DNA of 64,000 nt from an uncultured SAR86 cluster bacterium (GCA_902626385.1 CACOEZ010000001.1:145864-209863), one strand, 5' to 3'; counted from the stretch's first letter, positions 1 through 7,315 are shown. Made by a program: numbers and translations. The notes: a model not told the origin generated them from the letters alone.

Positions 1-29
1 TATTGTAACCTTCTTTAAGAAACATAAAA

Positions 30-1178
30 ATGAAAGTAATAGTTTTGGGTGCTTGTGGTGGCATGGGAAGATATGTTTCGAAATCCATTTCATCATTTCA
101 AGAAATTGATGATCTAGTCGTTGCAGATTTAAATTTAAAAGATGCTGAGCTTTTTGCCTCCAAATTAGGCCCCCATGTAAAAGGAATCGCAGTTGACATT
201 AATGACACTGAAACCTTATTGAGAGTTTTGTTAAATTACGATGTTGTTTTAAATACTGTTGGACCTTTTTTTAAATTTGGTTATCAAGTACTAAAAACCT
301 CCATAGAAGCCAATTGCCACTACATGGATATTTGTGATGACTGGGAACCAACAGAGAGAATGCTAGAGTTAAATAATATTGCTAAAGAAAAAAACTTGAC
401 AGCAATATTAGGTCTTGGGGCAAGCCCAGGTATTACAAATTTACTAGGAAAAATTGCAATAGATCATTTAGATATAGCTCATACAATTTATACAGGCTGG
501 AATTTAGAGGAGGCACAACCAGAGTCTGTATCTTCTCAAAAGGAAATTAATGCAGCTATGATCCATGGGATTGAGCAAATTACTGGAAAAGTAAAAATTT
601 TTAAGGATGGTAAATTTGAGATGGTTAACCCTCTTAAAGAACTTAAAGTTTCATATCCTAATATTGGAACTCATAGTGCATTTATTTTTGGTCATCCTGA
701 AGCAATTACATTTCCATACCATTGCAAAGATCTTTTAAATTCAGTCAATCTTGCTCACGGAAATAAATCTACCATTTTTGTTTTAAAAATCATGAGGAAA
801 TTAATTAACCTAAAAATACTTACAAAAAAAATAGCTGCACGATTTTTAGAATGGTTGGAAAAACAAGAAGCTTCAAAAAAACTTGTTCAAGCAAACTCTT
901 TACCAGAAATTTATGCTTTAGCAATAGGATTTAAAAATGGTAATCAAGAGTCTGTTGGAGTATCTCTTGATGGAGAACCATCAAGAGAACTAACAATGGG
1001 TGAGGCAACAGGCTATCCTCTGTCTCTTGGCCTTAAAATGTTTCTTAATAACGAAATATCAGAAAGAGGAGTTATTGCACCTGAAAGTAAATGCATTGAT
1101 CATAAAAAACTATTGATGGAAATTTATGAATCGTTTGGCATGAAAGAGGCAAAAATAAAAATTGATAAATCTTGGTAA
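30..1178 (+). CDS. saccharopine dehydrogenase-family NAD(P)-binding oxidoreductase
   Basis: N-terminal Rossmann-type motif VLGACGGMG. The LGASPGITNLL segment is typical of the Sacchrp_dh family. Intact 382-aa ORF. Confidence 0.65.
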   Translation: MKVIVLGACGGMGRYVSKSISSFQEIDDLVVADLNLKDAELFASKLGPHVKGIAVDINDTETLLRVLLNYDVVLNTVGPFFKFGYQVLKTSIEANCHYMDICDDWEPTERMLELNNIAKEKNLTAILGLGASPGITNLLGKIAIDHLDIAHTIYTGWNLEEAQPESVSSQKEINAAMIHGIEQITGKVKIFKDGKFEMVNPLKELKVSYPNIGTHSAFIFGHPEAITFPYHCKDLLNSVNLAHGNKSTIFVLKIMRKLINLKILTKKIAARFLEWLEKQEASKKLVQANSLPEIYALAIGFKNGNQESVGVSLDGEPSRELTMGEATGYPLSLGLKMFLNNEISERGVIAPESKCIDHKKLLMEIYESFGMKEAKIKIDKSW

Positions 1179-1184
1179 TTATAA

Positions 1185-1235
1185 TGGTGCCCAGAGGTGG
1201 GATCGAACCACCGACACAAGGATTTTCAGTCCTTT
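1185..1235 (-). repeat. displaced 3' half of tRNA-Phe (att-type direct repeat, 51 bp, identical to 7316-7366)
   Basis: tggtgcccagaggtgggatcgaaccaccgacacaaggattttcagtccttt matches the intact tRNA-Phe gene exactly (tRNA nt 26-76 including CCA). Identity stops at 1236, so the D-arm and 5' acceptor are absent. Confidence 0.92.
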
Positions 1236-1279
1236 ACTCGAGAGTAAAAACCTCATAAGAATACATATTACAGACTCTT

Positions 1280-1299
1280 CTGTTCACCTATCTGTTCAC
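1280..1299 (+). promoter_or_regulatory. two direct CTGTTCAC(C) sites 12 bp apart (candidate recombinase arm-type or operator sites), left arm of island
   Basis: ctgttcacc at 1280-1288 and ctgttcac at 1292-1299, about 45 bp from the tRNA-fragment repeat. The same 8-mer pair recurs next to the other att repeat. Confidence 0.45.
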
Positions 1300-1335
1300 T
1301 AATCTGAATAAAAAAAGTTGATATATAATTAAATT

Positions 1336-1857
1336 GTGAACAAACTATTATTATCAAGTTTTATTTTATTACCATCTTTTCTTTTTTCATCAGATTTAGA
1401 AGAACTTTTAACTTACGATGTTGGTGTAGAGAATCAATTATTATTTTCAAGACGATGTTCCGCTTTAAATTTCTATTTTGCCACTTTCATTCCTGATTTT
1501 GATCAAAAAGCAGAGGAGCATGGTTATTTTTTTAATACAATATCTTTTGGTTACTCTGCTTTAAATTATTATGAGAGTAGAGAAGACTATAAAAATGCAG
1601 ATGAAGATCGAATCACAAAAATAAGTCAACAGATTCAAATTGAAAATGATAAACATTACGATAAATATATTGATTTTTATGTTTCATTAACAAGGGATCG
1701 ACTTAAAGAAAATGATTTCACAGATGATGAAGATTTTGATGAAATATTGCCATCAATAATTATGAGTGACTATGACTTTTGTAATGCATTCTATCATTTT
1801 ATCCAAGAAGAGATTTATAAGTCTCCTGACGATTTGAGTAATCTTCGTGAACAGTAA
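1336..1857 (+). CDS. hypothetical secreted protein (N-terminal signal-peptide-like segment), island cargo
   Basis: GTG start. The hydrophobic N-terminus MNKLLLSSFILLPSFLFSS resembles a signal peptide, and the rest of the protein is acidic. I recognise no family. Its last ~22 codons are duplicated at 7196-7266. Confidence 0.45.
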   Translation: MNKLLLSSFILLPSFLFSSDLEELLTYDVGVENQLLFSRRCSALNFYFATFIPDFDQKAEEHGYFFNTISFGYSALNYYESREDYKNADEDRITKISQQIQIENDKHYDKYIDFYVSLTRDRLKENDFTDDEDFDEILPSIIMSDYDFCNAFYHFIQEEIYKSPDDLSNLREQ

Positions 1858-1861
1858 TTGA
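1791..1861 (+). repeat. 71-bp imperfect direct repeat, copy 1 (3' end of ORF 1336-1857)
   Basis: Aligns with 7196-7266 without gaps, with 5 mismatches in 71 positions (hand alignment). Confidence 0.85.
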
Positions 1862-1867
1862 AATAAC

Positions 1868-2260
1868 TTAATAACTATTATATTTCTTTAAGCATTCATT
1901 CATATCGATAAGGTAATTGTATTTTTCAAGACTTTTTTCAAAGAAGGGCATTATTCTGCTATAAAAGTATGCTCTTTTGCCCTTGATGTATTTTGTAGCA
2001 CCAAAGATAATCTCGTACTCTTCAAACATCACCTCAATGAGTCCAACATAACTCATGTGCATAACCACTGCTTCTGTAATAACTACTTTGGATCGAATAT
2101 GACGTTTGTTATTTTTCGATCTGAAATGCTCATGAATAAGGTTTTCCATTAGATCTGAGAAATGTTCTAGACTTTCTTTGACTTCAGCATTAATGATTTT
2201 TTCATGTTCTTTTGCTTCAGGATTTTGAAATTCACCAAAAATACTTACTACATTAGACAT
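1868..2260 (-). CDS. hypothetical protein, island cargo
   Basis: 130-aa ORF with no recognisable motif. Convergent with 1336-1857 and divergent from the MTase operon. Confidence 0.4.
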   Translation of the reverse strand: MSNVVSIFGEFQNPEAKEHEKIINAEVKESLEHFSDLMENLIHEHFRSKNNKRHIRSKVVITEAVVMHMSYVGLIEVMFEEYEIIFGATKYIKGKRAYFYSRIMPFFEKSLEKYNYLIDMNECLKKYNSY

Positions 2261-2385
2261 AATTTAAATATACACAATTGTTTAAAATTTAAAATAGACA
2301 TTTAAAAGTTAGTATATTTTTTTATTAAAGAATTACTGTTAACATCCATATATTATTATCATTTACTCTGATAAATTATAAGTAT

Positions 2386-3135
2386 ATGGCAAAAAAAGAA
2401 TCAATTGCTTTGATCAAAGGCGATGCAATAAAAGAGTTAAAAAAAATAAAAGATGATTCAATAGATTTTGTTTTAACAGATCCGCCATATAATCTAGGAC
2501 TCTTCATGAAAAACAGAGCAACAAATCTTTCTGCTCTTCGTAAAAATCATTTCTCAGGTAAAGAATGGGACAATTTAGAAATCAATGATTGGAAAGAAAA
2601 TATGGAACAATTATTTTTTCAACTAGATAGGGTTTTAAAAGAAGGCGGCAATCTAATCGTCTTTATGGCAGTTATTAAAATAGAAACACTTATTAATATT
2701 GCTGAAAAGAACAATTTTTATTATAAAACTACTGGCATTTGGCATAAAAAAAATCCTATGCCAAGAAATAAAGATCTTCACTTTATAAATTCAAATGAGT
2801 GTTGGGCATATTTTGTAAATAATAAAAAAACTGGAACATTTAATAATAAAGGTAAAACAATTCATGATTTCTTTGAAACTGCATTAACTTCGTCTAAGGA
2901 AAAAGAGTTTGGTGGTCATCCAACTCAAAAACCGTTACCTTTGATGGACCATTTAATTCAAATTTTATCAAATAAAGGAGATACAATTCTTGATCCTTTT
3001 ATGGGGTCTGGATCCACTGGTGTTTCTGCTTCAAGACTGGGTAGAAATTTCATCGGAATCGAACTTAATGGCGATTATGTAAAAATTGCTAAGCAACGGT
3101 TAAAAAAGTCAAAACAATGTCAGTTAGATTTGTAG
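2386..3135 (+). CDS. beta-class DNA methyltransferase (N6-adenine or N4-cytosine; DPPY type, N6_N4_Mtase family)
   Basis: Catalytic motif IV LTDPPYNLG lies near the N-terminus (DPPY = nt 2479-2490). The AdoMet motif I region HPTQKPLPL...LDPFMGSGSTG lies near the C-terminus. The IV-before-I order defines the beta class. Confidence 0.9.
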   Translation: MAKKESIALIKGDAIKELKKIKDDSIDFVLTDPPYNLGLFMKNRATNLSALRKNHFSGKEWDNLEINDWKENMEQLFFQLDRVLKEGGNLIVFMAVIKIETLINIAEKNNFYYKTTGIWHKKNPMPRNKDLHFINSNECWAYFVNNKKTGTFNNKGKTIHDFFETALTSSKEKEFGGHPTQKPLPLMDHLIQILSNKGDTILDPFMGSGSTGVSASRLGRNFIGIELNGDYVKIAKQRLKKSKQCQLDL

Positions 3136-4166
3136 ATCTATTTTCTGGAGCAGGTGGTTTATCAAAAGGTCTCTGTGATGCCGGATTTGAGTTAGTTTAT
3201 GCAAACGAAATAGATAATTCTTTTTGTGAGACATTTGATAAAAATCATAATGTAAGAATAATAGACAATAGAGATATTAATATAATTAATATCAAAAAAG
3301 ACTTTCAAAAATTTTCTAAAATTGATCTTATTGTAGGAGGTCCACCATGCCAGGGATTTTCTCAAAAAGGAAGTCGAAAAGGACTTCTTGATGATAGAAA
3401 TTTTTTATTTAAAAAATTTGTAGAATTTGTTGAAATTTTAAAACCACAAGTTTTTTTAATGGAAAATGTTCCAAATTTATTAACTTCAAATAATGGTTTC
3501 TTTTTTAAAGAAATAAATAAGCATTTTAATAATATGGGTTATCAAGTTTCTAGCAAGGTTATGAATTGCTTTGACTATGGTATTCCTCAAACAAGAAGAA
3601 GGGCGATAATAATTGGTAACTTACTTTCTAAAGAATTTGAATTTCCTAAAAAGATTAAAAAAGTAGTTAGTGTTCACGAAGCAATCTCAGATCTTCCAAG
3701 ACTTCTTTCAGGAGAAGGTGATACTTTTCAAGAGTATGTAAAATCTTCTTTATCAGATTATCAAAAGATAATGAGAAAAGGATCAAAGGGTATTTATAAT
3801 CATGTATCAACGAAACATTCACCAGAAGCACTTGAGAGACTAAGTTTGATTCCACCATTTGGGGGAAAGTCTGACTTACCAAGTCAGTTAAGGACAAAAT
3901 CTATATATAGTGGAACGTGGGGTCGAATCGATCCAAATGGACCAGCAAGAACAATAACAACAAGATTTGACACACCCTCATCTGGTCAGTTTACTCTCAA
4001 TGATCAAGATAGATGTCTTACTGTTAGGGAAGCAGCAAGGATACAGTCATTTCCTGATAATTTTATTTTTTATGGAAATAAAACATCTCAAATGAAACAA
4101 GTAGGAAATGCTGTGCCGCCTTTGTTAGCAAAGCAGATTGGTCAGAAAATCTTAGAATTATTTTAA
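3117..4166 (+). CDS. DNA (cytosine-5)-methyltransferase
   Basis: Full set of C5-MTase motifs: I FVDLFSGAGG, IV GGPPCQGFS (catalytic Cys codon 3348-3350), VI ENVPNL, VIII QTRRR, X GNAVPPLL. The ATG lies 19 nt inside the upstream MTase gene. Confidence 0.93.
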   Translation: MSVRFVDLFSGAGGLSKGLCDAGFELVYANEIDNSFCETFDKNHNVRIIDNRDINIINIKKDFQKFSKIDLIVGGPPCQGFSQKGSRKGLLDDRNFLFKKFVEFVEILKPQVFLMENVPNLLTSNNGFFFKEINKHFNNMGYQVSSKVMNCFDYGIPQTRRRAIIIGNLLSKEFEFPKKIKKVVSVHEAISDLPRLLSGEGDTFQEYVKSSLSDYQKIMRKGSKGIYNHVSTKHSPEALERLSLIPPFGGKSDLPSQLRTKSIYSGTWGRIDPNGPARTITTRFDTPSSGQFTLNDQDRCLTVREAARIQSFPDNFIFYGNKTSQMKQVGNAVPPLLAKQIGQKILELF

Positions 4167-6743
4167 ATAATATTCAAAAAAACTTTTTGAGGAATAAAGC
4201 ATTTTCCTATATTCATCATAACTGCCTTCGTGAAAAATATTTTCTAATTTTATTACTTCATCAAATTTAGATACTTTCTCATTAATTTCCTCAAAGTACT
4301 CATGTTTTAATTTGATTTGTTTTTCATTCCAAGAAAGACATTCAATATTTTTTAATATGCTGAAATATCTTGTATCAAAGATATTATATTTTTCATCTTT
4401 AGCATTTGATTTAACAGATGAAATTAAAAATTTTTCTAATTCATATATATTTTTTGATCCTCTGTATTTAATAATGCTTTGAATAACTTCAGATACCTGA
4501 TCATGATTTCTAGCAAAGAAAACAAAATGTGCTAATTCAAATTTTGATAAAGTGCTTTCTTCACCTAAATTCTTTAACCCAACTAATATTTGATAGATGA
4601 AGATAACAGTGTAGAGAGTAAAAACAGAACCTTTGTTTGATGTGATGGTAGTAGCATGGCGATTTATTGGACTATGAATGTCATTCCAGAAATAAAGTTT
4701 TTCCATTTGATTTGAAATGATTTTATAAGTTTGGTTTGGTTCATTAAGAATTTTTTGGTACACATTAGTCCCTTTAAATGGACTATTTGTATCAATTAAT
4801 CCCAATAATTTTGAAAAAAATAATGCTCTAGTTCCTTCAATTTTTATACCGCTCTTTTCTGCGTCTCTTTTTAATGCTTTATCAAGATCTTTTAACCTAT
4901 CGTGGTTATTAACGTTTTCAAGATAATATTCGATTGCCCAAAGATGATCTTTGATGTCCTTTTTTTTCTTATCAACTTGCCAATATTCAGTAACCGAATT
5001 TTTCTTGTCTTGATCCGTCTTTGTGCTTTGATTTAAAAATTCACCGTAATCAAACCATTCTTCTTCGATTTCTGTTAAGTCTATTTCTTTTGATTTTTTT
5101 GCAACAATTGCTTGAAAAATATTTATAACTTCTTTTTCAAAAGTTACATGTTTTCCATCATTATCATAGTAATAAATATCTTTTTCTTCATCATATTCAA
5201 AATCACCTGGTTCCAAATTTAAACCATTAAGAATAATATCTGAAGTTCTATAATTACCAATAAAATCTAATACTTTAAGGTATTCTTTATCATCAGAAAG
5301 TCTTAGTCCTCTTCCAATTTGTTGAATAAATATCGTTAGGGAGTCAGTTGGTCTTAACATAAGAATTGTTGATACATCAGGTATATCAACTCCTTCGTTA
5401 AACATATTTACAGTAAAAGCAACTTCGTATTCGTCATTTCTAAATTTTTGAAGCAGTGTTTCTCTTTCTTCGTTTGAAAATCTACTCCTTGAAGTCTCAG
5501 ATTTCGAGTGAATTGCAACAGACTTTATTCCGTTATCATTAAAAACTTTTGCCATATAATTTGCATGTTCTATTGATGTACAAAATCCAATTGTTTTTTC
5601 TTTTTCAACTGATTCAAGTCTATATTTTGAGATAATTGACTTATCCCTTGACTCGATCATCAATTTTTTATTTAGATCATCAATATCATATCTATTTCCA
5701 TTCCATCTTATGTTTGAATAGTCAATGTCATCAAAGAACCCAATGTAATTTATGTCTGCTAAATAACCTTCTGCGACTGCTTGATCTTGATCCATTTGAT
5801 AAAAGATATTATCTCCAAAACTTGGAAGTATTTCTTTTTCATCCGTTCTAAATGGTGTAGCAGTTAGACCAAGCAAGAATTTTGGTTTGAAATAGTCTAA
5901 AACTTTTTGATAAGTCGGTGCAGCAGCGTGATGCGCTTCGTCAATTATTATGTAGTCAAAATAATTTGGAGTAAATTTTTCAAGCATTTGTTTTCTATGA
6001 AGACTTTGTATTGTTGCAAAGAAAATATTTTTACTCTCAAGATTAGAATTTTTTGACAGCATCTCCATTTCTCCAATTCTGTCTTTCATTAAATCTTCAA
6101 AATCATTTTTTGTCTTTCTAAGTATTTCCTCAACATGTGCAACAAATAAAACCTTTTTTGATTTAGAATTTTGAATATCGAATCCGCTTAGAAAAGTTTT
6201 TCCAAGTCCTGTTGCTAAAATTACAAGACCAGCATTTTTATTATTTGTCCTATTCTCATGAATTTTTTCTAGTGCTATTTTTTGGACTGGCGAGGGAGTT
6301 ATTTCTTGTGAATTTCTTCCAAGATATAAGTTATATAGATTTTTATCAGACTTGAAACATTTTCTTAGTTCAAATACTGCTTCATTTATAGAATCAACTT
6401 GATTTTTAGTAATTTCAAGATATTTATCAAAATTTTCTCTGATAAAATTATTTTTTCTTTGCAGTTCATCAAACCTATCTTTTTTATTTCTTACAAAGAT
6501 TCCAGTTTCGTCGTGACTGTGGAAACCATGTGTTTCTATTGCATATTTTTTATTAACTGTTGTTACTACAAAGTCAATTATAAAAACTCTACCAGATCCA
6601 TCTTCCCGCTCCATTTCAACCTGTGGTTCAATAAAATCAAGACCTTCTTCTCCATAATCTTTAAAAAAGACATTTCTAATAAAAGACTCTTCGAGATGAC
6701 CTAACTTACCTCTATACTTTGAAATATAATCTTCTAGTAACAC
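4158..6743 (-). CDS. fusion protein: Vsr/DUF559-like PD-(D/E)xK nuclease domain + SF2 DEAH helicase (ResIII/Helicase_C type) + ~330-aa uncharacterised C-terminal domain
   Basis: Helicase motifs: I ATGLGKT (nt 6195-6215), II DEAH (5931-5942), III LGLTATP, VI QQIGRGLR. The N-terminal segment VFIIDFVV-x10-YAIETHGFHSH resembles the Vsr/DUF559 core (xDF ... IExDGxxH). I recognise nothing in residues ~530-861. Confidence 0.8.
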   Translation of the reverse strand: MLLEDYISKYRGKLGHLEESFIRNVFFKDYGEEGLDFIEPQVEMEREDGSGRVFIIDFVVTTVNKKYAIETHGFHSHDETGIFVRNKKDRFDELQRKNNFIRENFDKYLEITKNQVDSINEAVFELRKCFKSDKNLYNLYLGRNSQEITPSPVQKIALEKIHENRTNNKNAGLVILATGLGKTFLSGFDIQNSKSKKVLFVAHVEEILRKTKNDFEDLMKDRIGEMEMLSKNSNLESKNIFFATIQSLHRKQMLEKFTPNYFDYIIIDEAHHAAAPTYQKVLDYFKPKFLLGLTATPFRTDEKEILPSFGDNIFYQMDQDQAVAEGYLADINYIGFFDDIDYSNIRWNGNRYDIDDLNKKLMIESRDKSIISKYRLESVEKEKTIGFCTSIEHANYMAKVFNDNGIKSVAIHSKSETSRSRFSNEERETLLQKFRNDEYEVAFTVNMFNEGVDIPDVSTILMLRPTDSLTIFIQQIGRGLRLSDDKEYLKVLDFIGNYRTSDIILNGLNLEPGDFEYDEEKDIYYYDNDGKHVTFEKEVINIFQAIVAKKSKEIDLTEIEEEWFDYGEFLNQSTKTDQDKKNSVTEYWQVDKKKKDIKDHLWAIEYYLENVNNHDRLKDLDKALKRDAEKSGIKIEGTRALFFSKLLGLIDTNSPFKGTNVYQKILNEPNQTYKIISNQMEKLYFWNDIHSPINRHATTITSNKGSVFTLYTVIFIYQILVGLKNLGEESTLSKFELAHFVFFARNHDQVSEVIQSIIKYRGSKNIYELEKFLISSVKSNAKDEKYNIFDTRYFSILKNIECLSWNEKQIKLKHEYFEEINEKVSKFDEVIKLENIFHEGSYDEYRKMLYSSKSFFEYYLK

Positions 6744-6812
6744 AAATATATTATGCCTTTATCAAAACTTTTTTGTGTCTTAATTCTTATACACATATAT
6801 TAGTAAATGATT

Positions 6813-7211
6813 TTAGTTAATTGGTTTCTTAAGGTTTTCATTTTTTATAATCCAATTATTAAATATTTTTAAATCGCCTTTACAGATTTTTTGTAACTCG
6901 GCACTAGTTGTCCAGTCTTCCGCAGTAACCTTTTGCCAATAGATGCCTTTCCATGAACCAGACTTACAAAATACCACATCTCCAATTTTTATATTCTCAA
7001 TTGAACTAAATACCTCAAAGGGATTTTTACCAAGATCTTCCCAGGAACCATTAATTACATGTATTTGTGGTTTTTTATAAACATTAATTATTTTAATAAT
7101 GATTTGAAAAATATCCTTTATCCAATTCATAAAAATGAAAATTACATAAATCATCATTATCAATACAACTATTAATAAAATATTTTCAATCATCACTATG
7201 ATTTTATCCAA
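6813..7211 (-). CDS. small membrane-anchored hypothetical protein (one N-terminal TM helix), upstream of and co-oriented with the nuclease-helicase
   Basis: The hydrophobic segment IIVMIENILLIVVLIMMIYVIFIFM is followed by an ~85-aa soluble part. The tracked start is TTG (7211), and an in-frame ATG lies at 7193. The 5' end overlaps the 71-bp repeat. Confidence 0.4.
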   Translation of the reverse strand: MDKIIVMIENILLIVVLIMMIYVIFIFMNWIKDIFQIIIKIINVYKKPQIHVINGSWEDLGKNPFEVFSSIENIKIGDVVFCKSGSWKGIYWQKVTAEDWTTSAELQKICKGDLKIFNNWIIKNENLKKPIN

Positions 7212-7266
7212 GAAGAGATTTATAAGTCTACTGACGATCAGAGTAATATTCGTGAACAGTAATTGA
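7196..7266 (+). repeat. 71-bp imperfect direct repeat, copy 2 (orphan remnant of the 3' end of a 1336-1857-like gene)
   Basis: Reads in frame ...DFIQEEIYKSTDDQSNIREQ*, against ...HFIQEEIYKSPDDLSNLREQ* at 1791-1861. No upstream coding similarity remains. Confidence 0.85.
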
Positions 7267-7287
7267 TCTGTTCACCAACTGTTCACC
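7252..7287 (+). promoter_or_regulatory. GTGAACAG / CTGTTCAC hairpin plus a second CTGTTCACC site (candidate arm-type or operator sites, or terminator-like stem), right arm of island
   Basis: gtgaacag (7252-7259), an 8-nt loop, ctgttcac(c) (7268-7276), then ctgttcacc again (7279-7287). The last site ends 28 bp from the tRNA 3' end. Confidence 0.45.
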
Positions 7288-7315
7288 TTTAGAGACTTGA
7301 AGAATGTTGTAACTA

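Noticed and set aside
5636-6704. Small plus-strand ORFs (5636-5851, 6399-6704) inside the nuclease-helicase gene, and 3667-3897 antisense to the C5 MTase
   Set aside because: They are short, hydrophobic, low-complexity translations of the kind expected by chance in AT-rich DNA. They are antisense to genes with complete motif sets.
1236-7315. Search for an integrase, excisionase, transposase, IS ends, CRISPR repeats or a toxin-antitoxin pair inside the island
   Set aside because: No ORF shows tyrosine- or serine-recombinase motifs or DDE motifs. I saw no repeat-spacer array and no terminal inverted repeats. Only the direct repeats and the CTGTTCAC sites reported above were found.
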